From Candidatus Ozemobacteraceae bacterium (GTDB lineage Bacteria > Muiribacteriota > Ozemobacteria > Ozemobacterales > Ozemobacteraceae): a stretch of DNA of 64,000 bases. The notes beneath the pieces are model-generated. The model did not search any database. It saw only the letters and a program-made list of their open reading frames with translations, and was not told the origin of the DNA. Position numbers and translations under genes: made by a program. The stretch covers positions 1,376,001-1,440,000 of the forward strand of contig OZ223236.1 in the NCBI GenBank assembly GCA_965140445.1. Reading direction: 5' to 3'. Every line of letters begins with the position of its first letter. The first letter of the stretch is position 1. Positions 28,158 to 37,526 of this stretch are shown here, one piece after another.

Positions 28158-29225
28158 TTAATCCCTTAAAAAACTTCCGCACGCAGCGGCAAGACTATTT
28201 TTTGCTGAAGCATCAACCTGATTTCCGTTTACATATAACTCGTAAAGGTCACAGACTCTTACTACTTTAGTATTTAGGTTTGATCCGAGGGCGACATGAA
28301 TATTTTCGAAGTTTGCTCCGCCCCCTGAAATTATGATTTCATGAATACTGAACTCTCTGAATTTGGTCAGGTAACTTTCTATTGAGCTGAAAATTTCTCT
28401 TACAAGAACAGCAAAAGCATTTTTTATAACCGTAAAGTTATAAAGGCTTTCTTGTTCAGGGCTGGCTTCGGGTAAAAAGAAATTTTCATTCATTTTAAAT
28501 TTGTCCGCTTCTTCTTCTGGGACGTGAAAGTGCTTACTTAACTGTTTTGTAAAGTCGTAAGCCCCTATGGGTCTATTTTGCAGAGACTTTAGCTGGCCGT
28601 CTCTAAATACCCCAACAGAAGTAGACTCGTGTCCAAGGTGTATTACGCCAATATTTTTACCTTTATTTTCACTACTGGTTAAATGGTGTTCAACAAGATT
28701 TGCAACATTTAGAAAGTTCAAATCAATCACGGTAGGATTTAGACCCGCTTTTTGAACAATGCCACCCATTTCAAGAATATTATTCTGAATGGCGGCGACG
28801 GCCAATACTATTTCGTCTTCTTCCCAGATACCAAGTGTTTTATGAACAATGTTCCAATTGTCTATTGGAAGCGGCATAATTGGCTCAAAGTCTTCTTTGA
28901 TTACTTCATCCATTTCTTTTTTGGAATACCTGGGGGGGGTTACTATAAGGTTTATTAATGCTGAATGGTCAGGAAGAAGCAAAATGGTGTTCTCGTATGG
29001 AAGTTTAGCTTCTTTAACTAGAGAAGCTGCAGCTTTCTTAATTGGTTCTGAATCCATAATCGGGCACTCAATAAAGGTTGAAGCAACAAAGTCTTTTGGG
29101 GTATCAACCGAAAGACATTGTTTCAGCCGGACTTCACCCGGTTGAGCTGACTCAAGCTTTAGAAGCCTCATCTCATATGTTCCCAGTTCGAGAACTGTGT
29201 TAATTTTGCTTAAAAAACGCGCCAT
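28158..29225 (-). CDS. pilM: Type IV pilus assembly protein PilM (actin-like)
   Basis: LELGTYEMR, IHLGHESTSV, IIISGGGAN; synteny with pilN/pilO. Confidence 0.85.
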   Translation of the reverse strand: MARFLSKINTVLELGTYEMRLLKLESAQPGEVRLKQCLSVDTPKDFVASTFIECPIMDSEPIKKAAASLVKEAKLPYENTILLLPDHSALINLIVTPPRYSKKEMDEVIKEDFEPIMPLPIDNWNIVHKTLGIWEEDEIVLAVAAIQNNILEMGGIVQKAGLNPTVIDLNFLNVANLVEHHLTSSENKGKNIGVIHLGHESTSVGVFRDGQLKSLQNRPIGAYDFTKQLSKHFHVPEEEADKFKMNENFFLPEASPEQESLYNFTVIKNAFAVLVREIFSSIESYLTKFREFSIHEIIISGGGANFENIHVALGSNLNTKVVRVCDLYELYVNGNQVDASAKNSLAAACGSFLRD

Positions 29226-29228
29226 TCA

Positions 29229-31001
29229 TTAACTTCCCATGTTTATCATTATATATTCTTCTATTGGGACTTCACCCTCAAGAACCTTTGAAAGACAACA
29301 ATCCTGAATTGTTTTTACGTCTTTAGAGTGAAGATGCTCAATCAACTCAAGTGTTGATCGCCTTTGTCCGATTAGTTCTCTCATTTGTGGAGTTACTTCA
29401 ATTACTTCAAATAAGCCGGTTCTATCTCTGAAACCACTATTATTGCAGTATTTACATCCCTCACCTTTAAAGAAGGTTGCTTCCTGGATTGCGCTTAGTT
29501 CCAACCCGAGAGATGCTGCAATATATTGAGTCGGCTCAATCTTAACTTTACATTTTGGACAAATCTTTCTAACCAGCCTCTGACCAACCAATAGACAAAG
29601 AGCTGATGCGTAAAGATAAGGATCAATTCCAAGGTTTTCAAGTCTGCTTATGGTTTCAATCGCTGAGTTCGCATGGATTGTGGAGAAAACCATATGACCT
29701 GTTAGAGCGGCCTTAACTGTTATTTCTGCTGTTTCATAATCACGAATTTCTCCTACCAGAATGATATCAGGGTCAAGACGGAGAATTGATTTTAGACCCT
29801 TTGCAAAGGTTAGTGATCTGGAAGGATCGTTTCTATTTTCCTGGACCTGCATCTGATGAACACCAGGAATTTTAAATTCAACTGGATCTTCAACGGTAAT
29901 AATTTTTTTCTGGCGACTGTTAATTAGTGATATGGCAGAATAAAGAGTGGTTGTTTTACCAGAACCAGTTGGGCCAGCCATTAGAGCCAAACCCCAGGGG
30001 CGGCCAATATTATACTCAAAAATTTTCAGATCATCTTTATGAAAACCGAGAGCTCTCAGATCAAGATTGACCCTTCCAGAATCAAGAACACGAATTGTGC
30101 AGTTCTGTCCATAAATAGATGGCAAAATCGCAACACGAAACTCTATTTGTTGATTCTTGATTCTTAATTTAAAGCTTCCATCCTGAGGGAGGAATCTTTC
30201 TGTGATGTCCAGATTGGACATGATTTTAATACGAGAAATAATTGCCTGATGAGCAGGTTTTTCAACCGGAAGAATGTCATAAAGAATACCGTCAATACGA
30301 TACCTTACCTGAATAATTCTCTCAAAGGCTTCAATATGAATATCCGAGGCTCTCATTTGAACCGCGTCAAGGATCATTTTATGAACAAGTGTTACGATTG
30401 AGGTCTGATCAGACTCTCTTTTTAACTCTTCCAGGTTAAGTTCACTGGTTTGAACAGTATTGATACTGGGGCTATAGGAGCCGTCGTCACTTGAAAACTC
30501 TAATTTAACTTCATTGAGTAGTTCATCAATTGGCACATTTTCAAGAACGTTTTGAGGTCTGTAGAGGACGTCGTTGATGATGTGAATGATCTGGGTTTTA
30601 GTTGCCAGAACCCATTTAATGAACATAAATCCGGTTGCCATTTTTATACTGTCAAACATCTTGGTGTTTGTAGGGTCAAAAACGGCTATGGTCAATGATT
30701 TTGGCTCTTTTCGTATGGGAATAAACTTGTATGTTTTAATAAGGCTTTCTGGAACTTGCCTGATCAAGGCTGTGTCTAACTCAGTGTTTCCTAAGTTTAC
30801 GAATTCAATTCCATGTTGAATTGATAAACCTCTAAACAGAGTTTCTTCAGTAATGACTTCGTCGGCAATAAGAACCTCGCCAATCATCTTTCTGACGCTG
30901 GCTTGTTTCTTCAGACCAGTCTCAAGCTGTTCTGGCGTTAATGCACGCATTTCGATGAGGATTTCACCTATTTTTTTTCGTTTTAGAAAGTCGGTGGCCA
31001 T
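29229..31001 (-). CDS. pilB: Type IV pilus/T2SS extension ATPase PilB/GspE
   Basis: ASDIHIE, GPTGSGKTT, TVEDPVE, LRLDPDIILVGEIRD, TGHMVFSTIH, CxxC...CxxC Zn site, N-terminal MshEN-like repeat. Confidence 0.93.
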   Translation of the reverse strand: MATDFLKRKKIGEILIEMRALTPEQLETGLKKQASVRKMIGEVLIADEVITEETLFRGLSIQHGIEFVNLGNTELDTALIRQVPESLIKTYKFIPIRKEPKSLTIAVFDPTNTKMFDSIKMATGFMFIKWVLATKTQIIHIINDVLYRPQNVLENVPIDELLNEVKLEFSSDDGSYSPSINTVQTSELNLEELKRESDQTSIVTLVHKMILDAVQMRASDIHIEAFERIIQVRYRIDGILYDILPVEKPAHQAIISRIKIMSNLDITERFLPQDGSFKLRIKNQQIEFRVAILPSIYGQNCTIRVLDSGRVNLDLRALGFHKDDLKIFEYNIGRPWGLALMAGPTGSGKTTTLYSAISLINSRQKKIITVEDPVEFKIPGVHQMQVQENRNDPSRSLTFAKGLKSILRLDPDIILVGEIRDYETAEITVKAALTGHMVFSTIHANSAIETISRLENLGIDPYLYASALCLLVGQRLVRKICPKCKVKIEPTQYIAASLGLELSAIQEATFFKGEGCKYCNNSGFRDRTGLFEVIEVTPQMRELIGQRRSTLELIEHLHSKDVKTIQDCCLSKVLEGEVPIEEYIMINMGS

Positions 31002-31023
31002 ACTAGTTTATCCTTCCTGAAGA

Positions 31024-31051
31024 GTATCGGCAGATTGGATCATAAAACTTA
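31024..31051 (-). promoter_or_regulatory. Sigma28 (FliA/SigD)-like promoter TAAG-N16-GCCGATAC upstream of pilB
   Basis: Minus strand reads TAAGTTTTATGATCCAATCTGCCGATAC in the 75-bp intergenic gap. Confidence 0.65.
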
Positions 31052-31076
31052 AATAAATCTGCTAATGCTATTAATT

Positions 31077-31733
31077 TTAGAATTTGGAACCTTCTGATGT
31101 GGTTATTTTAAAGTCGATGTAATCTAGTGCCTTAGAGTCTGCTATTGCTCCAACGAATGTAGAATCTGCAGCACCGGTAAAATTGTATAAAACTGTGTCG
31201 GTTGACTGATTAAAGTCATTTGGATTGTTATCGCCATCTATGAACGCAAATTCGGTGTCAATTTCAAAGATTCCATCACCATCGTCTGAGAAATATGCAG
31301 TGGAAACATAGTCCGTCCATGTAGTAATTTCTGCTCCGTTAACCGGGTCTTGAAAGCTGGGCAGTTTAGGAAGATATTTCAAGTTTGTTCGGCGAACAAT
31401 GGTTAGTGGCGAAGCGCTTGTAATTTGTAATGCTCCAGATACAAGTTCTGTTCCTAGTGCGTCCGAACTTTGATGGTTAACGTGGATTGGCACACCGCCA
31501 TTTTGAACTTGAACAAGGAAGGGGCCCCGGCTGTGGTCGCCTCTAAATTGATTCAAAACCTGACGCATATTTGCCAGGTTTTGTTTTAGAACAGAAAGAC
31601 GCGTATCGTAAATGTAGTCATTGTAATATGGAACTGCAACGGCAGTTAAAATACCGATAATAGCTACCACAATAATCAATTCCATTAATGTGAAGCCCTT
31701 ACGGACTCTAAAAAAGCTGTATGTTTTTCTCAT
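31077..31733 (-). CDS. Type IV pilin / GspG-like pseudopilin
   Basis: Class III signal KG|FTLMELIIVVAIIGIL with E5; GAGGA RBS before ATG 31733. Confidence 0.88.
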   Translation of the reverse strand: MRKTYSFFRVRKGFTLMELIIVVAIIGILTAVAVPYYNDYIYDTRLSVLKQNLANMRQVLNQFRGDHSRGPFLVQVQNGGVPIHVNHQSSDALGTELVSGALQITSASPLTIVRRTNLKYLPKLPSFQDPVNGAEITTWTDYVSTAYFSDDGDGIFEIDTEFAFIDGDNNPNDFNQSTDTVLYNFTGAADSTFVGAIADSKALDYIDFKITTSEGSKF

Positions 31734-31740
31734 AATATCC

Positions 31741-32319
31741 TCACCAATCTGAGTAGTTTGTTCCGTCCATGGCAGTAACAAAACCTTTTCTTACGTTTGG
31801 GTCAGGGTTTGACGAAACGTCAAAAACTCCCACATGATCTACAGGAGGAGTTACCGGACCTCCATTGTAAATTGTTGAGCTTGTGCCGCTGGCATAATAC
31901 TGAACCCATTCAACCCCGCCTACGAAAGGGTCTTGAGGTATTTCGCTTAAATAAGCTTTGGGATAAAAAGTAATTGCCTGGGGCCCATCGACAGGAGAAG
32001 TCCAGTTAATAGTGTATCCACCAACTTCAGGTTTGATTAGATCATATAAGCTTGGTGGATAAAGCTTTGATTCTGGAATCTCCAGCATAGCCGATCTTGA
32101 AGTTACCTGCTTTTCAGCCGCAACCTGTGCATCTCTTCGCCAGGTTTGTATGGCTGATCTAATTTTATTAAGGTTGTCTTCAAACTCAGTTTCTTTCAAT
32201 CTGATAAACGAAATTTCGGCAACAGGAACCGCTGATAATGAGATTACACCAAGAATGGTTACAACAATCAGCATTTCAATTAACGAGAAGCCCTTATTGT
32301 TAAAAGTTTTACCAGTCAT
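31741..32319 (-). CDS. Type IV pilin / GspG-like pseudopilin
   Basis: KG|FSLIEMLIVV; KETEFEDNLNKIRSAI; IPQDPF; ends DGTNYSDW. Confidence 0.88.
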   Translation of the reverse strand: MTGKTFNNKGFSLIEMLIVVTILGVISLSAVPVAEISFIRLKETEFEDNLNKIRSAIQTWRRDAQVAAEKQVTSRSAMLEIPESKLYPPSLYDLIKPEVGGYTINWTSPVDGPQAITFYPKAYLSEIPQDPFVGGVEWVQYYASGTSSTIYNGGPVTPPVDHVGVFDVSSNPDPNVRKGFVTAMDGTNYSDW

Positions 32320-32998
32320 CTGTATTGCTCCCATCAATTGCAACCCCTGCACCTCGAGAGACTATATTTGTTACTCCCGTGGCTAATTGTGGCGTTGAGT
32401 TCCATGGATCTGTGGTTGAAGATGCGTAATAGGGCCCCCCTGGTGCTGTGTTTAAAGCTGGTTTGAATTCCCAATGAGCATTTGGATACCATCCTTTAAA
32501 AGGGTGGGGAGGGATTGTTCTTAAAAATCTTCTCTGAATTGTTATGTCAACAAATCCTGTAGTCGTATCTGTTGCTACTCTAACAGTGTAGGGGGTTGCC
32601 CTTATGATGTGTGAAGGCGAAAGTGGATAGAGCTCCCCTCCGGCAGCGCTGGACTTCAAAAAATGTTGAATTGATGGCTTTATTAAGGGTTGGTCTGCAG
32701 GGGCGGTGTGGGCATTTTTTATTTTTGAAATACCTTGAGTCACAAAGTAGTTTCTGCATCCTTGTGTGAAAACTTTGTTACTTTGAAAGGATTTTGAGCC
32801 GCCAATTGCCGCTCTGACCGAGAGAAGTATGTCTTTTAATCTTCTTTCTTTTTCCCTTTGCTGAATTATTTTAAAAACCGGAAATGAAATAGCCGCCATT
32901 AATCCGATAACTACGGTTACAACCATTATTTCAATAAGCGTAACCCCGCTTTTGCAAGCGGGGCGCTTAGATCTTTTTTCTGCCGCCAGTTTATACAT
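32309..32998 (-). CDS. Type IV pilin / GspG-like pseudopilin
   Basis: SG|VTLIEIMVV; REKERRLKDILLSVRAAI; RRFLRTIPPHPF; ends DGSNTDDW. Confidence 0.88.
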   Translation of the reverse strand: MYKLAAEKRSKRPACKSGVTLIEIMVVTVVIGLMAAISFPVFKIIQQREKERRLKDILLSVRAAIGGSKSFQSNKVFTQGCRNYFVTQGISKIKNAHTAPADQPLIKPSIQHFLKSSAAGGELYPLSPSHIIRATPYTVRVATDTTTGFVDITIQRRFLRTIPPHPFKGWYPNAHWEFKPALNTAPGGPYYASSTTDPWNSTPQLATGVTNIVSRGAGVAIDGSNTDDW

Positions 32999-33022
32999 CT
33001 TTCTGGACTTCTCCAGTCGAGT

Positions 33023-34411
33023 TTAGTTTTCTTTCATTAGTGGCAGGAATATGTTTGTTGATTTTAGAATGTCAATAGCTCGTTGAAGCTGAGTGTCGTA
33101 TTTATTTACAACATATCCCTGAAGTTCGCCTCTAGAAAGGCTGTCAGGTGGTTCAATGAATCCGCTTAATGTGTAAGTTTCTGAAGCATTATTTTCACCG
33201 TGAATAGTGATGGTTCCAGAGCTTATTTCTACTGTTTGGCTACTATTTGAAAGTTTTTTCAGGTATTCCTGATCTTTTTCCATAGCTTTTTTGATTTCTT
33301 CTTGTTTTTCTTTGTCAAGCTTGGGAAGTTCCACTTCCACATCTGGTTTAATACCACTTTTGTGAATGTTTACTCCGGATGGGGTGTAGTAAAGAGCGGT
33401 GGTAAGAGCCATTGCTGAACCATCATTTAATGAAATAACAGTCTGAACCGATCCCTTACCAAATGATTTTTTCCCTAACAGAAGCCCACGCTTATTATCT
33501 TTAACCGCGCCTGCCACGATTTCAGAGGCTGAAGCTGATCCTTCATTAATCAAAACTATAAGAGGTAAAATCGGGTGGTATTTAAAGAAAGAGCTGTAGG
33601 TGTTTTCTTCCCCATCTCTTCCCTTGATTGAAACTATATCGCCTTTTGGAATGAATTTTCTTCCAACTTCAACAGCTGCGGTCAAAAGTCCGCCAGGATT
33701 GTTTCTCAGATCGAGAATAATAGAAGCAACTCCAGCTTTCTCTAAATCGATTAGTGCCTTCTCAAGGTCCTCTGAAGAAGTTTGAATGAACTGCGTAAGT
33801 CTTATATATCCAATGTTTGGATTGATTACCCAATATTTAATACTTGGTAGTTTTATTACCTGACGTGTAATTACATAGTCTTTGGTTTCTTTTTCGCCTT
33901 CACGTAAAACAGTGATGGTAACATCTGTGCCAACTGGACCTCTAAGAAGCTTTACCGCGTCATGAAGGGCTATATCTATTACGTCTTTGCTGTCAATCTT
34001 AATAATCATATCACCAGCCATGATTCCGGCTCTTGCTGCTGGTGTGTCATCAATTGGAGAAATTACGGTTAACATTCTATCTTTTATAGATATAACGATT
34101 CCGAGACCGCCAAATTCTCCCTGAGTTTCAACTTGCATTTCCTTGAAGTTCTTAGGTTCCATAAATCTTGTATAAGGATCTTCAAGTTTCTTGAGCATTC
34201 CTTCAATTGCGCCATAAATCAATTTCTGCTCATCAATATTCTCTTCAACATAATCAGACTTGATAAGTTCAAGAACTTTTCTGATTAAATCCAAAGATTT
34301 AAAATAGGTCAGATTGGTTGAAGTTGCTGAAACGGTGCTGCTAAAAATAAATAACAGGAGCCCAGCAGTCACACAAATGGGTATAAATACTTTAAAAAAC
34401 TTTGATTTCAT
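33023..34411 (-). CDS. ctpA: Carboxy-terminal processing protease (S41A, PDZ)
   Basis: DPYTRF, GEFGGLG, LDLRNNPGGLL, SASASEIVAGA, SFGKGSVQ. Confidence 0.95.
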   Translation of the reverse strand: MKSKFFKVFIPICVTAGLLLFIFSSTVSATSTNLTYFKSLDLIRKVLELIKSDYVEENIDEQKLIYGAIEGMLKKLEDPYTRFMEPKNFKEMQVETQGEFGGLGIVISIKDRMLTVISPIDDTPAARAGIMAGDMIIKIDSKDVIDIALHDAVKLLRGPVGTDVTITVLREGEKETKDYVITRQVIKLPSIKYWVINPNIGYIRLTQFIQTSSEDLEKALIDLEKAGVASIILDLRNNPGGLLTAAVEVGRKFIPKGDIVSIKGRDGEENTYSSFFKYHPILPLIVLINEGSASASEIVAGAVKDNKRGLLLGKKSFGKGSVQTVISLNDGSAMALTTALYYTPSGVNIHKSGIKPDVEVELPKLDKEKQEEIKKAMEKDQEYLKKLSNSSQTVEISSGTITIHGENNASETYTLSGFIEPPDSLSRGELQGYVVNKYDTQLQRAIDILKSTNIFLPLMKEN

Positions 34412-34474
34412 TGATAGCTCCTTCAGATTTCACACAAATAATAAATTATATAAATTTAGTCTAACATAGTTAGA

Positions 34475-34504
34475 TTTATAGCTTCCAGAAATCTCCTTTG
34501 TCAA
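34475..34504 (-). promoter_or_regulatory. Putative promoter TTGACA-N18-TATAAA upstream of ctpA
   Basis: Reverse complement of tgtcaa (34499-34504) and tttata (34475-34480). Confidence 0.5.
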
Positions 34505-34507
34505 TTT

Positions 34508-35752
34508 CTACTTAATTGAAGGAAGGAAATTTAAAGGCGGTTGTTTTTTACCCCCAAACCTGATTTCAAAATGCAATGGAGAGTCCTTTGTTCCGTAGAT
34601 TCTCCCAATGGTGGTGTTTTTTTCAACTATCTGTCCCAGTCCAACCCATATGTCGTCGATTTTTGCGTAAACGGTTGAAAATCCTCTCTCATGTCCTACT
34701 ATGATAACATTCCCAAGCCCTCCGATGTTACCTTTATATAGAATTTTTCCGCGACCAGCAGATTTTACTTCAGATTCTGACTTAACAAAAATGTTTAAGG
34801 CATATGAACCAGCTTTCCCTAATTGAGTAAAAGATTTTCTATCTTTTCTGTCTATGGGCCAGTTAAAATTCATTACTTTTGCAGCTTTAGAGGCGGATTC
34901 TGGTAGTCGGGCAACTTTGGCTGGCTGGGTTGGTGTTACAGGTTTAGTTTCCAGGGCTGGGGCGTCTTTGCTAATTTCTGCTTCTAACTTGCCTGGATTA
35001 GCGATTCTCTGGCCTTCAATTTTTTGAAACTCAAGCTCAAGCTTATCTTTTGAAGCCTTAAGATCTTTTTGCTTTTTTAGGAATAGCTTCTTTTCAAGGA
35101 CCAATGTTGAAAGCATTGCATTTAAAGATTTACTTTCAGTGTTAAGCTTTTTTGATTGTTTATCAAATTGTTGCTGATTAAGCTGAAGCAATTGGTTTTT
35201 TTTGTTCAGATCAGCTCTATCTTTTTTTAATTTAGAGTTTTGGGTATTAAGAGATTTTATGAGCTCTTTATCATTTTTTAAAAGATACTTAACCATTTGG
35301 TATCTGTTTAAAAAAGAATTCAGGTCTTTCGCTGAAAACACACTTCCTAAAAGCGTTCCTTGCTTAATTCTGTGAAGCTGAACCAGTCTGGAACGATATC
35401 TGGCAATAGTTTGCTTAATTTCTTTTGTTCCCTCATTTATCTGGTTCTGCAATGATTCTATTTCTGATTTTATAAGATTTTTTGAATCAGCAAGGCTTAA
35501 GACCTGATCTTTTAATTTCTGAATTTGTGACTTTTTGCTTTTTATCTTTTTTTCAAGATTTCTTACTCTTTTGCGATTGTCTTTGACTTTGAGGTCAAGG
35601 TATTCTATTTGAAGATTAACCGAGTCTAGTTCAAGTTGTAACTCGTCTTTATCCTGAGGTTGTGTCTTGGCTGCAAAAGCAGGTTCGCTATTTCCAGGAA
35701 AAAGCGTTAAAAAAAGCATGAGAACTATCAATACCCTTTTTATCAATGACAT
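34508..35752 (-). CDS. envC: Murein hydrolase activator EnvC-like (coiled coil plus degenerate M23/LytM domain)
   Basis: Long coiled coil; FNWPI...GNVIIVGH..STVYAK...LHFEIR with Zn ligands missing; follows ftsEX. Confidence 0.8.
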   Translation of the reverse strand: MSLIKRVLIVLMLFLTLFPGNSEPAFAAKTQPQDKDELQLELDSVNLQIEYLDLKVKDNRKRVRNLEKKIKSKKSQIQKLKDQVLSLADSKNLIKSEIESLQNQINEGTKEIKQTIARYRSRLVQLHRIKQGTLLGSVFSAKDLNSFLNRYQMVKYLLKNDKELIKSLNTQNSKLKKDRADLNKKNQLLQLNQQQFDKQSKKLNTESKSLNAMLSTLVLEKKLFLKKQKDLKASKDKLELEFQKIEGQRIANPGKLEAEISKDAPALETKPVTPTQPAKVARLPESASKAAKVMNFNWPIDRKDRKSFTQLGKAGSYALNIFVKSESEVKSAGRGKILYKGNIGGLGNVIIVGHERGFSTVYAKIDDIWVGLGQIVEKNTTIGRIYGTKDSPLHFEIRFGGKKQPPLNFLPSIK

Positions 35753-35758
35753 TTTTAG

Positions 35759-36673
35759 TTAAACCCCATTGGGAGATGACTTGCTAAAGCTGCTGATGTC
35801 TCTTAGTGATAAAAGGCCTCCTGAGATTCCCAGAACAATTCCCATCATCAGAAGTTTTATGGCTAGTTTTACTAACTGCTCAATTGAGACTGTTGAGGTA
35901 AAAAACGGTATCAGCATTGTCATTTTAACCATTATGAATTTGTAGGAAACAAATAAAATCAAAATTGCGGCCAGGGAACCGATGAATCCCTGTATGAATC
36001 CCTCAACGAGGAATGGACCGCGAACAAACCAGTTAGTTGCTCCGACCAGCTTCATAATAATTATTTCTTCCTTGCGCATATAAAGAGTGAGTCTAACAGT
36101 GTTAAAAACAATAAACAAAGAAGCAAGTCCCAGTAATGTAACTATGCCAAGACTGCTAAACCAAAGCATATCCGACAGCCCCTGAAATTGCTTAAACAGA
36201 TCTTCGCCGTAGCTAATGTTGTCAATTTGAGGCTCAGATTGGAGTTTTTCTATAAGATTTTTCAGCTCATAACTACTTCTAATTTTTATTCTGAGAGTTG
36301 TTGGAAGCGGATTTGTTTCCTGAGTAATTCCAATTTGGAGAAGTTTCTGATCGTCCGGGTCGCTGAAAAGTTCCTTTGCTGCTTCTTCAGGGGTGATTGT
36401 CTGAATCTTTGAAATCTCATCTAGCTCTGTAAGACGCAATTTTAAACTATTTACTTCTGATCCAGATATGCCGGGTTTTAGATAAACAGTGACCATGGCC
36501 TCTTCCTGTAGCTGATGAAGGAAGTCTTCCATATTCATAGTTACGAGCAAAAAAGCCCCCATCATCATTAAAGAAATAGCTATTGTAGAAACGGTGATGA
36601 AAGCCATCATCCAGGATCTGCGAAGATTTGTAGCTGCTTCAGCCACAAAAAAAGAAATGTTTGCTATTGGCAT
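35759..36673 (-). CDS. ftsX: Cell-division ABC permease FtsX
   Basis: NLRRS, NPLP, NTVRLTLYMRKEEIIIMKLVGATNWFVRGPFLVEG. Confidence 0.95.
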   Translation of the reverse strand: MPIANISFFVAEAATNLRRSWMMAFITVSTIAISLMMMGAFLLVTMNMEDFLHQLQEEAMVTVYLKPGISGSEVNSLKLRLTELDEISKIQTITPEEAAKELFSDPDDQKLLQIGITQETNPLPTTLRIKIRSSYELKNLIEKLQSEPQIDNISYGEDLFKQFQGLSDMLWFSSLGIVTLLGLASLFIVFNTVRLTLYMRKEEIIIMKLVGATNWFVRGPFLVEGFIQGFIGSLAAILILFVSYKFIMVKMTMLIPFFTSTVSIEQLVKLAIKLLMMGIVLGISGGLLSLRDISSFSKSSPNGV

Positions 36674-36690
36674 ATTATCTCCGACCTGCT

Positions 36691-37374
36691 TTATTCGTAG
36701 GCATAAGTGCCACAGGCTTCATCTTTAATTATCTGTCCGTCTACCAGGGCAAGGACTCTTTTTCTAAGTTTGTTAACAAGATTGTGGTTGTGGGTTGCCA
36801 TAATAACAGTTGTTCCACGGGAGTTAATTTCAAGGAATAGTTGCATGATCTCCTGTGAAATCATTGGGTCCAGGTTACCTGTAGGTTCGTCCGTAATTAA
36901 AATCAAAGGATTATTAACAATGGCTCTGGCGATACAAACTCTTTGCTGTTCACCGCCTGACAACTCGTTTGGAAACATTCTGCGTTTATGTGAAAGCCCG
37001 ACTTGCTCTAGAGCTTCTTGTACGCGGCTGCTTATGACGCTTGTTGATGCGCCAATTACTCTTAAACCAAAAGCAACGTTTTCTGCGACTGTTCTGGTTT
37101 TTAATAACTGAAAGTCTTGCAAAACAATTCCAAGGTTTCGACGAAGATACGGAACTCTATTTTCTGGCATGGTTACAATATCTTTTCCGTCTACAAGAAT
37201 TTTACCTTCGGTAGGAATTTCTTCGCGGAATAGAATACGCAGAAAAGTACTTTTTCCTGCGCCACTTGGACCAACGAGGAAAACAAAATCTCCCGGGTCT
37301 ATTGACAAATTAATGTTATTAAGCGCTCTAACCCCGTTAGGGTAGATTTTTGACACATTTTGAAGTTCGATCAT
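36691..37374 (-). CDS. ftsE: Cell-division ATP-binding protein FtsE
   Basis: GPSGAGKST, VPYLRRNLG, LSGGEQQR, DEPTGNLDP, GTTVIMATH. Confidence 0.96.
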   Translation of the reverse strand: MIELQNVSKIYPNGVRALNNINLSIDPGDFVFLVGPSGAGKSTFLRILFREEIPTEGKILVDGKDIVTMPENRVPYLRRNLGIVLQDFQLLKTRTVAENVAFGLRVIGASTSVISSRVQEALEQVGLSHKRRMFPNELSGGEQQRVCIARAIVNNPLILITDEPTGNLDPMISQEIMQLFLEINSRGTTVIMATHNHNLVNKLRKRVLALVDGQIIKDEACGTYAYE

Positions 37375-37412
37375 ATTTATTTATTCTCTAATTTACTGTT
37401 TTAAGTGCTGGA

Positions 37413-37442
37413 AGTATAACAGGAAAATGTAAATTTTTTCAA
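37413..37442 (-). promoter_or_regulatory. Putative promoter TTGAAA-N18-TATACT (with extended TG) upstream of ftsE
   Basis: Reverse complement of tttcaa (37437-37442) and agtata (37413-37418), with TGn before the -10. Confidence 0.55.
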
Positions 37443-37526
37443 AAATGAATTTTTCTGCCTTAAATTGTGTTTTTTCTGATAAGATTCATAGAAATAAATC
37501 TGATATTTGTAGAGGCTGGAGGAGCC

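Noticed and set aside
34508..34870. M23 domain lacking Zn ligands as a possible pseudogene or novelty
   Set aside because: Degenerate LytM is the expected state of EnvC next to ftsEX.
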